Shown piece after piece: positions 9,491-18,907 of a DNA stretch of 40,026 nt; positions within the stretch are counted from its first letter, which is position 1; each line of letters opens with the position of its first letter. The notes under the pieces are model-generated. The model made no database searches and was not told the origin of the DNA. It worked only from the letters and a program-made list of their open reading frames with translations. Location of the stretch: positions 1 through 40,026 of the forward strand of contig CBFGJG010000007.1 in assembly GCA_965649055.1 (NCBI GenBank), in the 5' to 3' direction. Source of the DNA: a candidate division WOR-3 bacterium (GTDB taxonomy: Bacteria; Hydrothermota; UBA3072; B12-G15). The position numbers were made by a program, and so were the translations under genes.

Positions 9491-10438
9491 ATGGAAGATA
9501 AAGAACTCAAGGTTGAAAATATAACTTTTATCTATCCAAATGGTGTTAAGGCATTGGATAATGTAAGTTTCACTATTTCATGGTTAGAAAGTAAAATAGT
9601 TGGTATTCTTGGACCAAATGGTGCTGGGAAGACAACACTACTTAATATATTAACCACAACTTTTAAAAATTTTGAAGGAAAGGCTTCTATAAATGGTTTT
9701 GATACAAAAAGGGATTATTATAAAATAAGAGAGATTATCAGTGTTGCAACCCAACAATTGATTGTAGATGCGCTTTTATCAGTAGAGGATAATCTTTATA
9801 TCTATGGAAGATTAGCGAGACTAAAAGGTTTGGGAGAGAAGATTGAGAGTCTTTTAACTTCGTTTCATTTAGATGATAAGAAGAAAGAATTGGTTTTAAA
9901 TCTTTCAGGTGGGCAGATGAGAAGAGTTCAAATATGTAGGGCTTTATTAAAAGAATATGCTGAAATTTTTTTCATAGATGAGCCAACAATTGAATTGGAC
10001 CCTATTGGTAAAATGACCGTATGGAATGAGATTCTAAGATTAAAAAATAATGGGAAACTTGTTATACTTGCTACAAATGATATGGATGATGTTGAGAATG
10101 TCTGTGATGAAGTAATTTTTATAAATAAAGGGAAAGTAATATTCCAAGGTAAAACGAAGGAATTAAAGGAAAAATATAAAGAGAATGAGAAAGTGGTGAT
10201 AAAAACATTTTCAGAATTTCCATTAGAAAAATTAAATGATATTAAAGATGATTTTCAGGGGACTCAGTTTGAAAAATCATCTAACAATGAAGTGGTAATA
10301 TATACAACGAAAGGGAAGGAAATTATTCCAAAGGTTGTTGAGAATTTTTTAAGGAATGGAATAGAGGTTAAGGAGGTAGATATTATTCTTCCAACACTGA
10401 ATGAAATATTCAATATAGTGGTGAGGAAAAATGAATAA
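9491..10438 (+). CDS. DrrA-like ABC ATP-binding protein
   Basis: GPNGAGKTT, LSGGQMRR, DEPT, C-terminal PTLNEIF; atypical D-loop (IELDP) and H-loop (ATND). Confidence 0.88.
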   Translation: MEDKELKVENITFIYPNGVKALDNVSFTISWLESKIVGILGPNGAGKTTLLNILTTTFKNFEGKASINGFDTKRDYYKIREIISVATQQLIVDALLSVEDNLYIYGRLARLKGLGEKIESLLTSFHLDDKKKELVLNLSGGQMRRVQICRALLKEYAEIFFIDEPTIELDPIGKMTVWNEILRLKNNGKLVILATNDMDDVENVCDEVIFINKGKVIFQGKTKELKEKYKENEKVVIKTFSEFPLEKLNDIKDDFQGTQFEKSSNNEVVIYTTKGKEIIPKVVENFLRNGIEVKEVDIILPTLNEIFNIVVRKNE

Positions 10439-11210
10439 TATTAAGGCCCTTTTATCAAGGGAATTAAAGATTAAAACAAGATGGAAGCCATTTATGATAT
10501 CACTTGTTTTACCACCATTAGTATATCTTATATTTCTTGGGACAGGTTTTTCAAGGAATTATTCCAAAATTATTTATAATGGAATAGAAATTTCATATTT
10601 AAGTTTTTTAATCCCTGGAATGATTGTAATGCAAATCTTTAATATCTTTGCGTTTTGTAGTAGTATGGTTTCAAATGAAGTAAAATGGGGGATTTATAAA
10701 CTTTTAAAGTTGAATAATGTTAAAGAGTATGAGTATTTAATTGTAAAAATATTGTCTGAAAGCATCATAGTATTTCTTCAGGTGATAGGAATAGTATTAG
10801 TTGGAAGCATAATCAATCCAGATTTTATTAAATTTCTAAGTATCCTGAAATTTGTCTTGTTATTATTATTTGTATTCGTCTCTTTAATTTTTATGGTTTC
10901 ATCTGGAGTAATTTTTGGTTTTTTATTTCCGGGTGAACAGAAAAGGAGTTTCTTTCTTTCAATTTTTACACTTCCAGCAACATTCTGTAGTAGCATATTC
11001 TATCCTATAAATAAATTGCCTTTGTGGTTTAAAATACCTGCATATATAAATCCATTAACCCATATTTCTGATACAATGAGGAATTTATTGTTTGGCATTT
11101 TTAATTTATATTCTTTTATAAGTTTAATAATAATTGTAATTCTAACTATTTTAAGTTTTTTGGTTTGTGTAAGATTAATGAAGTTAAAGGAAATCTATTC
11201 ATTGGAATAA
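10431..11210 (+). CDS. DrrB-like ABC-2 permease (possible self-resistance)
   Basis: YLSFLIPG, FYPINKLP, INPLTH motifs. Confidence 0.88.
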   Translation: MNNIKALLSRELKIKTRWKPFMISLVLPPLVYLIFLGTGFSRNYSKIIYNGIEISYLSFLIPGMIVMQIFNIFAFCSSMVSNEVKWGIYKLLKLNNVKEYEYLIVKILSESIIVFLQVIGIVLVGSIINPDFIKFLSILKFVLLLLFVFVSLIFMVSSGVIFGFLFPGEQKRSFFLSIFTLPATFCSSIFYPINKLPLWFKIPAYINPLTHISDTMRNLLFGIFNLYSFISLIIIVILTILSFLVCVRLMKLKEIYSLE

Positions 11211-11282
11211 TGAAAAATGGAAAAACTGTCAAAACAATCGTAAAAAGTTCCAAAGAAATTATTTGTTAACATAGGAGGAAAA

Positions 11283-11969
11283 ATGTCGATATTAAATTTC
11301 ATCTTAAATGTCATTTTTTTTATTTTATTAATCTTTCTTTTCATCAATTTTTTCAAACTAAAAAAGGGAGAATTCAAGAAAATAAAAGTAAGAGAAGTAG
11401 AAATTGTTAGGGCAAATGGTCTTCCATCTATGATAATTTTCTCTGATGATATACCAGAACCAATGGTTGACGGTAAGAAATATCCGGAAGAATTAAGAAC
11501 TTTTAATGAAAAACCAAGTGGTGGAATTGTATACTATAATAATAGTGGAGACGAAATGGGTGGATTCGTTTTTGGTGGAGGAATGAAAGAGGAAAAACCA
11601 AGCCAATGGATGATTTTCACATTTGATGCTTATAAACAGAATGAGTTATTTCGATTCACTATAATACAATCAGGAGAAGAAAAGTCATTCGGGATAAATT
11701 TTTTCTCACAGCCTGATAAAAACCTTCTTCCTATTATTGAAAGAATGAAAGATATAGTTAAAATAAAGGATAAGGAAGAAAAAAATAAGGCTTTGAAAAA
11801 ATTAAAAGAATGGATGGATGTGGAATATCCTGATGCTTATGGAGAATTATTTGTAATAAGTTATGATAATGGAAAAGGTAAAATTGAGATTAATGATAAA
11901 AATATGAGACCAAGAATAAAGATTTTTATTGACGAGAATAATAATCCTAAAATTGAAATGATTACATAA
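11283..11969 (+). CDS. Membrane-anchored hypothetical protein
   Basis: AGGAGG RBS, one N-terminal TM helix, 228-aa ORF. Confidence 0.75.
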   Translation: MSILNFILNVIFFILLIFLFINFFKLKKGEFKKIKVREVEIVRANGLPSMIIFSDDIPEPMVDGKKYPEELRTFNEKPSGGIVYYNNSGDEMGGFVFGGGMKEEKPSQWMIFTFDAYKQNELFRFTIIQSGEEKSFGINFFSQPDKNLLPIIERMKDIVKIKDKEEKNKALKKLKEWMDVEYPDAYGELFVISYDNGKGKIEINDKNMRPRIKIFIDENNNPKIEMIT

Positions 11970-12106
11970 AACTGACTTAGGAATTAATATGTATGCGGAC
12001 GGTGTTTGATATTTCAATCTTCTTTTTCCCTTCTATATATCTCTTCAAAATTATCTTTACCCCGGAAAGATTGTAAAAATGTTAGTAAGACCCAAATTTT
12101 ACAAAC

Positions 12107-12134
12107 TTGACTAATAATAAAAAACTATTATTAT
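12107..12134 (+). promoter_or_regulatory. Sigma70-type promoter of the HEPN/MNT pair
   Basis: TTGACT-N16-TATTAT, with inverted repeat TAATAATA-N6-TATTATTA over the spacer and -10. Confidence 0.6.
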
Positions 12135-12155
12135 GTTTATTAAAAGGAGAAGTAT

Positions 12156-12545
12156 ATGAACAGATTTAATGATTGGCTCGAAGAGGCAGAACTGGATTTT
12201 GAAAAATGTAAGATTGATATTCAGTATAAATTTTACAATTGGGCTTGTTTTACAGCACAGCAGTCAGCAGAAAAAGCAGTAAAAGCATTATGTATGAAGT
12301 TAGGATTTGAATCTTGGGGGCATTCAGTTACAAATATGCTTAAAATCATCAAAGAAAAAATAGAAATTCCTTCAGAGATTATTGAATATGCACAGTTTTT
12401 AGATGCCTTCTATATTCCAACAAGATATCCTAATGGATTTAGTATGGGAAAGCCTTCTGATTATTATAACGAGAAAATAGCAAAAGAGGCATTAAATGCT
12501 TGTGAAAAAATCATTAAATTCTGTAAGTTTAATTGCAATAAATAG
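12156..12545 (+). CDS. HEPN domain protein
   Basis: YNWACFTAQQSAEKAVKA, WGHS, YIPTRYPN motifs. Confidence 0.9.
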   Translation: MNRFNDWLEEAELDFEKCKIDIQYKFYNWACFTAQQSAEKAVKALCMKLGFESWGHSVTNMLKIIKEKIEIPSEIIEYAQFLDAFYIPTRYPNGFSMGKPSDYYNEKIAKEALNACEKIIKFCKFNCNK

Positions 12546-12855
12546 GGATGCACTTCTTTCATCTTTAAAAGAAATATCAGTAAAGTTAAAGTGTGAAAAT
12601 CCCAATATAAAAGAAATAAGGCTTTTTGGTTCAATAGCAAAAGGTGAACAGACTGGAAAAAGCGATGTTGATATTCTTATCATTGTTTCATCTTCCGATA
12701 CGCCAATTGTTTTAAGAAGTGTAAAATACAGAAAATATTTTGATATAGAAATACCTGTTGACATAATAGTCTATACAGAGAATGAATTAAATATTATGTT
12801 AAAACAAGGGAATAAATTTATAAAAGAGATTTTGAAAGAAAGTATTCAGTTATAA
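12496..12855 (+). CDS. Minimal nucleotidyltransferase (MNT)
   Basis: LFGSIAKG...SDVDILII, PVDIIVYT. Confidence 0.9.
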   Translation: MLVKKSLNSVSLIAINRDALLSSLKEISVKLKCENPNIKEIRLFGSIAKGEQTGKSDVDILIIVSSSDTPIVLRSVKYRKYFDIEIPVDIIVYTENELNIMLKQGNKFIKEILKESIQL

Positions 12856-12858
12856 TTA

Positions 12859-13326
12859 TTATATATAATGAACCTTGTATTCAAGATTTTTTAAATCTAT
12901 TGTAACAAATGTTCTTAGATCTGAAAGCCAGCCTGAAAGTTCACCTGGATTTATAATCCTTTCTCCCAAATCAAGTTTGTGTGTATGACCATATAGAATA
13001 AGGTCATAATCACCTTTTATGAAATTTTCAAGCTGTTTTGGTTCATGCATAACAAGAATCTTACGACCTTCTATTGTGAAACATTCAGGGCCTTTTGTTA
13101 TAACAAATCCCTTTTTCTCAAATCTCTCTTTTAACAAAATCTTATCACCATCATTATTCCCAAAGACTGCAAACATCTTCTCACATGTAAAATGCTCCAC
13201 AACAAATGGTGATACAATATCACCACAATGAATAACTACTTTTATACCCATTTCATCAATCATCTTGAATGCCTTTTTCACTATAGGTAGATTATCGTGT
13301 GTATCTGATATTACACCTATCACCAT
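12859..13326 (-). CDS. YfcE/MJ0936-family metallophosphoesterase
   Basis: SDTHD, HCGD, GNND, GHTH, INPG motifs. Confidence 0.92.
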   Translation of the reverse strand: MVIGVISDTHDNLPIVKKAFKMIDEMGIKVVIHCGDIVSPFVVEHFTCEKMFAVFGNNDGDKILLKERFEKKGFVITKGPECFTIEGRKILVMHEPKQLENFIKGDYDLILYGHTHKLDLGERIINPGELSGWLSDLRTFVTIDLKNLEYKVHYI

Positions 13327-14090
13327 AAAATTTCTCCATTCTCTATCCTTAATAACTTCCCGTTTATCTTTGGGATAAATGGAATATAACCTTCTTTAAA
13401 TAGTTCTTGAATACTTATAGGTGCTCTTTTCTTTTCTCTTTCAAATTTCTTCATAGTATATTTTAAAACTTCCTTTATACCATCAATCGCGATCTCCCTT
13501 AAATATTCATTATTTGCCCTTTGATATACATCTACCCAGTAATAAAGAAGTTCTTTTACACCTTTTTCTTTTATCAAAGACATATACGCAAATTTTCTAC
13601 ATCTGTCAGAACCTTTCTCAAATTTACTCCCGATAAAGAAACTTCTATATGCTTTATCAAAATCATAAGATATATAATACATAAATCCTTTATAAAAATG
13701 AAGAACCCATTCATCAGGCAGACTTTGAAGCCCTTTATCAATTAATTTTACGGCAAGTTCTAAATTCTTTAACTGATAGTTTATAAAGAAAGCTCCAAAA
13801 ATATAAGCATTCAAGAATCTTTCATCGAGTGATGTTACTATATCATAAATATGGAAAAGATATTCAAATTTTCCCTGTGTTCTCTTTTCTTCACCATAAT
13901 ATACAGCACCCCTAATCCACAGTAAATCAGCGATTAAATTGTTATAACCAGATACAAAAAATCTTATATTACTTCCTTTCGGGAAGTAAAGGAGTTCTTC
14001 TGTGTGTATTTCTTTTTTATATCTTTCAAAAATTAACTGAGAAGAAACTATCATGAGAATCAAAAGAAAGATAATTAAAGACTTTTTCAT
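13320..14090 (-). CDS. Membrane-anchored TPR-like ABC accessory protein
   Basis: N-terminal TM, ADLLWIR...TSLDERF..AYIFGA; third gene of the ABC unit. Confidence 0.65.
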   Translation of the reverse strand: MKKSLIIFLLILMIVSSQLIFERYKKEIHTEELLYFPKGSNIRFFVSGYNNLIADLLWIRGAVYYGEEKRTQGKFEYLFHIYDIVTSLDERFLNAYIFGAFFINYQLKNLELAVKLIDKGLQSLPDEWVLHFYKGFMYYISYDFDKAYRSFFIGSKFEKGSDRCRKFAYMSLIKEKGVKELLYYWVDVYQRANNEYLREIAIDGIKEVLKYTMKKFEREKKRAPISIQELFKEGYIPFIPKINGKLLRIENGEILW

Positions 14091-14854
14091 CAGTAGAACT
14101 CCTTCTTTTCAAGTATTAAAGAACTTAAAAATATCATAAGAATTATATAAAGTATGCTGTAAGAAATAGAGAATATAAAGATTTCCTTCTCAAAATTGAT
14201 TGAATAAACAATATATGATTTTATATTTGTTAATGAAAAATTAGGGAAGACATAATAAACAATGTTTGCAAATATTTTAAAGATTAGATTCGGTATCTTC
14301 AGTGAAAATTCTTTTATATAATGTGAAGTATTTGCTATAAAATAAATAAGCAAAGATATAAGTCCTGAGGTAATTGGTGCCATAAAAGAGGAAAGGAACA
14401 GGACAACGCTTTCAATAATAAGCAGTTCAAATAAAAGGAAATAATACCAGAAGAATATCCTGCCAAAGAAAAATCCGAATATAATCTTGATAAAAATAAA
14501 GAAGTAGATGAACAGTATTGTCTGGACTATAAATGTTATCAATGAAAGACCTAAAAGTTTTCCAAGGATTAGTTCAAATGGTTTAACTGGTTTACTGAGG
14601 ATCGTATGTATTGTCTTTTTTTCAATCTCATCATAGATAATCCTTGTTCCGATAAATATTATCTGGAAAAGTAGTAATATCTCTATGAATGAAACTCCAA
14701 AATCAACAATAACCCTTATTGATTGACCAACAGAAATAGGAATGAATATAATTGAAGAAGTTAAGATGATTATACCAAAAATAGATACCGAAATTAATGT
14801 TTTATCCCTTATCCCTTCTCTGAATGTGCTTAATGCGATTGCATTAATCTTCAT
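14090..14854 (-). CDS. ABC-2 permease (PilI-like)
   Basis: AIALSTFREGIRDK, EIEKKTIHTILSKPV, GKLLG motifs. Confidence 0.85.
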   Translation of the reverse strand: MKINAIALSTFREGIRDKTLISVSIFGIIILTSSIIFIPISVGQSIRVIVDFGVSFIEILLLFQIIFIGTRIIYDEIEKKTIHTILSKPVKPFELILGKLLGLSLITFIVQTILFIYFFIFIKIIFGFFFGRIFFWYYFLLFELLIIESVVLFLSSFMAPITSGLISLLIYFIANTSHYIKEFSLKIPNLIFKIFANIVYYVFPNFSLTNIKSYIVYSINFEKEIFIFSISYSILYIILMIFLSSLILEKKEFY

Positions 14855-15749
14855 TTTTCAAAACCTCCATAAAGTATTCTTCAAGCCTCTTCCTTTTTGG
14901 TTCAACAGATATAACATTTCCTTTATTCTTTAAGACAAAATTCAGGAATTCCTGAAGCTTTTCTTCGTTTTCTATCTTCACAATCTTATATTCGTCATAT
15001 TCTGTGACTTCGCCGAATTTTTCTATTTTTTCCTTCGTGATCCCTGATAGCATTACATCAAAGCTTATATTTTTATATTCAAGTATCTCTGAAATTTTCC
15101 CAATCTTCAAAACCCTTCCTTTGAAAAGTATACCAACAGTATCACATATTTCTTCAACATCAGGTAGTATATGTGTAGAAAAGATTATAGTTTTACCTTT
15201 CTTTTTAAGTTCAATTATCCATTCCTTCATTTCCTTTCTCCACAATGGGTCAAGACCCGTCATAGGCTCATCAAGTATTATAAAATCAGGGTCATTTATG
15301 ATAGCCTGTGCAAATCCAATCCTTTGTAACATTCCTTTAGAATATGTTCCTATCCTTCTTTCCATTGCATCTTTTAGCCCTATCTTATCGAATAATTTAA
15401 TGATTTCATCCCTTGATAATCTTTTTTTAAAGAAAGAAGAGTAAAAATCAATTGTTTCATAACCTGTAAGATGCCTGTAGAAATACGGATTTTCGGGCAA
15501 AAAACCTATTTTTTCTCTTGTATCTTTTTTAATTTTTTCCCCAAAGATCTTTATTTCACCTTCGTCTATCTTTATAAGACTGAGGATTGACTTAAAAATA
15601 GTTGTTTTACCTGCACCATTTGGGCCAAGTAATCCAAAGATTTCACCTTCTTTAACATCAAAACTTACACCATCAAGTGCCTTTATCTTTTTTCTTAAAA
15701 AAGGTGAGCGATATGTCTTTTTTAGTTCTTTTACTTCAAGGACTTTCAT
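14844..15749 (-). CDS. ABC ATP-binding protein (PilH-like)
   Basis: GPNGAGKTT, GFLPENPYFY, YSKGMLQRIG, LDEPMTGLDP. Confidence 0.92.
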   Translation of the reverse strand: MKVLEVKELKKTYRSPFLRKKIKALDGVSFDVKEGEIFGLLGPNGAGKTTIFKSILSLIKIDEGEIKIFGEKIKKDTREKIGFLPENPYFYRHLTGYETIDFYSSFFKKRLSRDEIIKLFDKIGLKDAMERRIGTYSKGMLQRIGFAQAIINDPDFIILDEPMTGLDPLWRKEMKEWIIELKKKGKTIIFSTHILPDVEEICDTVGILFKGRVLKIGKISEILEYKNISFDVMLSGITKEKIEKFGEVTEYDEYKIVKIENEEKLQEFLNFVLKNKGNVISVEPKRKRLEEYFMEVLKNED

Positions 15750-16840
15750 TCCCAGACTCCTTCTATTTTTGTTTTACATTTAGGACATTTACCATCTTTT
15801 ATTTTATTCTGCTGGACATCGAAACCCCATCTTTTTATTAAAAGTTCTTTACAATCAGGACAATAAGTATTTTCACCCGGATGACCCCTTGGAACATTTC
15901 CCATATAAACAAATTTCATACCTTCCTTCAATGCTATCTCTCTTGCTTTTTCAACTGTTGAAACAGGTGTAGGAGGTAGATTGGTTAGTTTATATGTTGG
16001 AAAGAAGCAGGAAAAATGAATAGGTGTATCTAAACCGAGATTATTCTTTATCCATAAAATCATATTTTTAATCTCTTCCATATTATCGTTCAATGTTGGT
16101 ATAACAAGGTTTGTAATTTCAAGGTGAACCTTGTTTTCCTTCAATATTTTCAATGTTCTTAAAACAGGTTCAAGCGAACCTGAAGAAATCTCTTTATAAT
16201 TTTTCTCATTAAAAAATTTAAGGTCAACATTTGCAGCATCAAGATAGTTTATAATCTCTTTTAGGGGCTCTTCTTCAATGAATCCATTTGAATGGAACAT
16301 ATTTTTGAAATTATTCTTCCTTGCAACCTTTGCTGTCTCAAGCATATACTCAAAAAAAACAACGGGTTCAGTATAAGTGTATGCTATTGTAGAAATATTA
16401 TATTTTTTTCTGTAGAGAATAGCATTTTTTATAAGTTCATCAGGAGATAATTTATAATTTTCAGTTTCATCGGGACCAACCTGTGAGATTGAATAGTTCT
16501 GACAATATTTACATCTGAAATTACATCCAGCGGTAGCAATTGAAAAAGCAGTTGTTCCGGGAAAGAAATGATACAATGGTTTTTTCTCTATTGGGTCTAT
16601 ATGGACAGCACAGGGATTTCCAAATACAAGAGAAAATAGTTCACCATTTATGTTTCTTCTTACCCTGCAAAAACCTGTTTCATTATTTTTAAGGACACAA
16701 TGATGCGGGCAATTGAGACAACGAACCTTTTTACCATCAAGTTTTTTATAGTATCTTGCAGGATAAAGGTTTTCAGTTTTTTTTTCAGCAATTAAAAAAG
16801 GTAAGCTTGCAAGTGATATCAAAAAATCCCTTCTTTTCAT
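15746..16840 (-). CDS. amrS: AmmeMemoRadiSam system radical SAM enzyme
   Basis: DPIEKKPLYHFFPG, GCNFRCKYCQN, AYTYTEP, ENTYCPDC; N-terminal RRDFL. Confidence 0.92.
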   Translation of the reverse strand: MKRRDFLISLASLPFLIAEKKTENLYPARYYKKLDGKKVRCLNCPHHCVLKNNETGFCRVRRNINGELFSLVFGNPCAVHIDPIEKKPLYHFFPGTTAFSIATAGCNFRCKYCQNYSISQVGPDETENYKLSPDELIKNAILYRKKYNISTIAYTYTEPVVFFEYMLETAKVARKNNFKNMFHSNGFIEEEPLKEIINYLDAANVDLKFFNEKNYKEISSGSLEPVLRTLKILKENKVHLEITNLVIPTLNDNMEEIKNMILWIKNNLGLDTPIHFSCFFPTYKLTNLPPTPVSTVEKAREIALKEGMKFVYMGNVPRGHPGENTYCPDCKELLIKRWGFDVQQNKIKDGKCPKCKTKIEGVWE

Positions 16841-16846
16841 AGTATA

Positions 16847-16874
16847 AAAATAAAAGAAAAAAAGAAAAAGTCAA
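16847..16874 (-). promoter_or_regulatory. Promoter of amrS operon, probably leaderless
   Basis: TTGACT-N16-TATTTT-N6-ATG, no Shine-Dalgarno. Confidence 0.55.
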
Positions 16875-16880
16875 AAGAAA

Positions 16881-18551
16881 TCAGTTTTTATAAACTGAGA
16901 CCTTATTCCTTCCGGTCTCCTTTGCCTCATACAACGCTTTATCAGCAAAGGTTATAAGTTCATCTAAAGAAATTGAAGAATCTTTTGGAGGTTCTGCCAC
17001 TCCTATGCTAACAGTAATGTTAATAGAATCCCTGACTATCAGGAAGTTATACTCGGCTATTTTTTTACAGAGTCTGTTTGCTATTTTTTCAGATTCAGCA
17101 ACACCCATTCCGGGAATAAGTATAGTAAATTCTTCACCACCATACCTGCAAATGAGGTCTATCTTTCTTAAATGCTGTCTCAATAAACTTGCAAGGATTT
17201 TAAGAACATTATCCCCGACAATATGTCCATATTTATCATTCACTTTCTTGAAATGGTCTATGTCAAGCATCAAAAGGGAGAAAGGTTGTTTTGTCTTTGA
17301 ACTTATTTTTAGAAGTTTTTCACCATGTTTGAAAAAGGTTCTTCTGTTAAAAAGCCCTGTTAATGGATCATGGTTAGCAAGATGTTCAAGTGCCTTCTTA
17401 ACTTTCCTTTCATCTTCAATTTCTTTCTGTAATAAAATATTTCTGAGACGGTAGATTTCAGCTTCCTGTTGAGCCATTTCAAGTTTATGAGAAATACTTA
17501 ATGTCTTCATAATGAAATCTGATTTTTCATTAAAAATAGACCTTTCAATTTCACTGTGTATCTTGAAATGCTCAAATGCATTTTTATAATCACCAATTTG
17601 CCTGTATGACTCTGCTATTGCCTTATGACAATTAGATTCAAATGACTTTTCACCTATTGTCTTCGCTGTCTCTAATGAATCAAATAAAAAAGAAAGGGCT
17701 TCATTTGGTAGATTCTTTCTGTTTGCCTGTTCACCCCTTGCCCTTAAAACCTCGCCCATTCCTCGTAAATCCTGTGCTTTTTGAGCAGTCTCGTATGCTA
17801 AATTAAGACATTCTTCTGCTTTTTCAAAATTATTCAATTCAAAATATGTCCAGGATAATGCAATAAGTGTTCCACAGGTTAATGTTGGAATTCCATTTTG
17901 TTTTGCGAGTTCAAGACTTTTAAGACCATAATCAAGTGCTTTTTGGTATTCCTTTATATGATAATGAATCTCGGCAAGTGTTCCCATTATAAATCCTTCA
18001 ACCCATTTATCATTTGTCCTTTGTGTGATTTCCAGTGACTCTTTTAAAACCTGTATAGCATCATCATAATGCCCTATTGAATAATAAACAAGACCAATGT
18101 TATTTAAAGATGCTGCTTCACGATTTGTATTACCAAGTTTTCTTGCAAGTTCAAGTGTCCTGTAATAATATGATAGAGCTGTAGAATAATCACTCAGAAA
18201 ATAGTGAAGACGTCCAAACTCATTGTAAATCCACATTAAACCGTTTTCATCATTTATGTTTTTATAGAAATTTTCAGCCTCTATTAAACATGACATACTT
18301 TCAACATATTCACCCCGTTGATTGTGTGCATGGGCAAGATTAAAGAGGCTGTCAGCTAATCCTTTAATATACGGTTTTTCTGCTTTTTCAAATTCTAATG
18401 AAAGCTCCCGTGCTTTTTCAGCATATTCAATTGCTTTAAGTGGATCTTTAAAAGATAACTCTCTTGAAATCTTATTAAGGATATCAATCTTCTCTATATC
18501 ATTTTTGGCATTTCTGATTCTTTCTTCAAATACTTCAAAATTATTATTTAT
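16881..18551 (-). CDS. TPR-repeat diguanylate cyclase (GGDEF), 556 aa if started at ATA 18551
   Basis: DPLTGLFNRR, DIDHFK, RKID I-site, GGEEF; frame stays open 85 codons above the ORF-track ATG, up to GGAGG-N6-ATA. Confidence 0.85.
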   Translation of the reverse strand: MNNNFEVFEERIRNAKNDIEKIDILNKISRELSFKDPLKAIEYAEKARELSLEFEKAEKPYIKGLADSLFNLAHAHNQRGEYVESMSCLIEAENFYKNINDENGLMWIYNEFGRLHYFLSDYSTALSYYYRTLELARKLGNTNREAASLNNIGLVYYSIGHYDDAIQVLKESLEITQRTNDKWVEGFIMGTLAEIHYHIKEYQKALDYGLKSLELAKQNGIPTLTCGTLIALSWTYFELNNFEKAEECLNLAYETAQKAQDLRGMGEVLRARGEQANRKNLPNEALSFLFDSLETAKTIGEKSFESNCHKAIAESYRQIGDYKNAFEHFKIHSEIERSIFNEKSDFIMKTLSISHKLEMAQQEAEIYRLRNILLQKEIEDERKVKKALEHLANHDPLTGLFNRRTFFKHGEKLLKISSKTKQPFSLLMLDIDHFKKVNDKYGHIVGDNVLKILASLLRQHLRKIDLICRYGGEEFTILIPGMGVAESEKIANRLCKKIAEYNFLIVRDSINITVSIGVAEPPKDSSISLDELITFADKALYEAKETGRNKVSVYKN

Positions 18552-18619
18552 ATTATACCTCCAAGTGATTTATCTAAAAATCCATTTTTACATTGTTTTT
18601 TAAAAGAATTATATTAAAA

Positions 18620-18647
18620 ATATTAAAGGAAAATAAAAAATTGTCAA
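18620..18647 (-). promoter_or_regulatory. Promoter of the diguanylate cyclase gene
   Basis: TTGACA-N16-TAATAT on the minus strand. Confidence 0.55.
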
Positions 18648-18873
18648 TTTAAATAGTATTTTCTTTTCAAATATTTTTATTCTTTGATTATTATATAAAT
18701 CCATATTAAAAAAATTTATTGTTTGCTATTTATATCTAAATGAGATTGAGAAAGGTAATTTCCTGTAATTCGGAAGTTATCTAATATGTCATATCCAAAA
18801 CTCATCAAAAGGCTTATTATTTCTTTTAATAAAACCTAAATAAAATCAGCTTTCATTTTTTTTCATTATATGC

Positions 18874-18901
18874 TTGACATAAACCTAAATTTTGTTAAAT
18901 T
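18874..18901 (+). promoter_or_regulatory. bamA operon promoter, probably leaderless
   Basis: TTGACA-N16-TAAATT (extended -10 TG) then 6 nt to ATG 18908; no SD. Confidence 0.6.
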
Positions 18902-18907
18902 TCATCT

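Noticed and set aside
11210..11269. 19-codon ORF MKNGKTVKTIVKSSKEIIC coupled to the permease stop
   Set aside because: Could be another ABC tail remnant, but it is too short to support and is not precursor-like
11975..12105. Minus-strand stretch reading like a gene end (FYNLSGVKIILKRYIEGKKKIEIS...) and a TGTAAAA/TTTTACA inverted repeat
   Set aside because: No start codon or recognisable family; short AT-rich repeats are expected by chance
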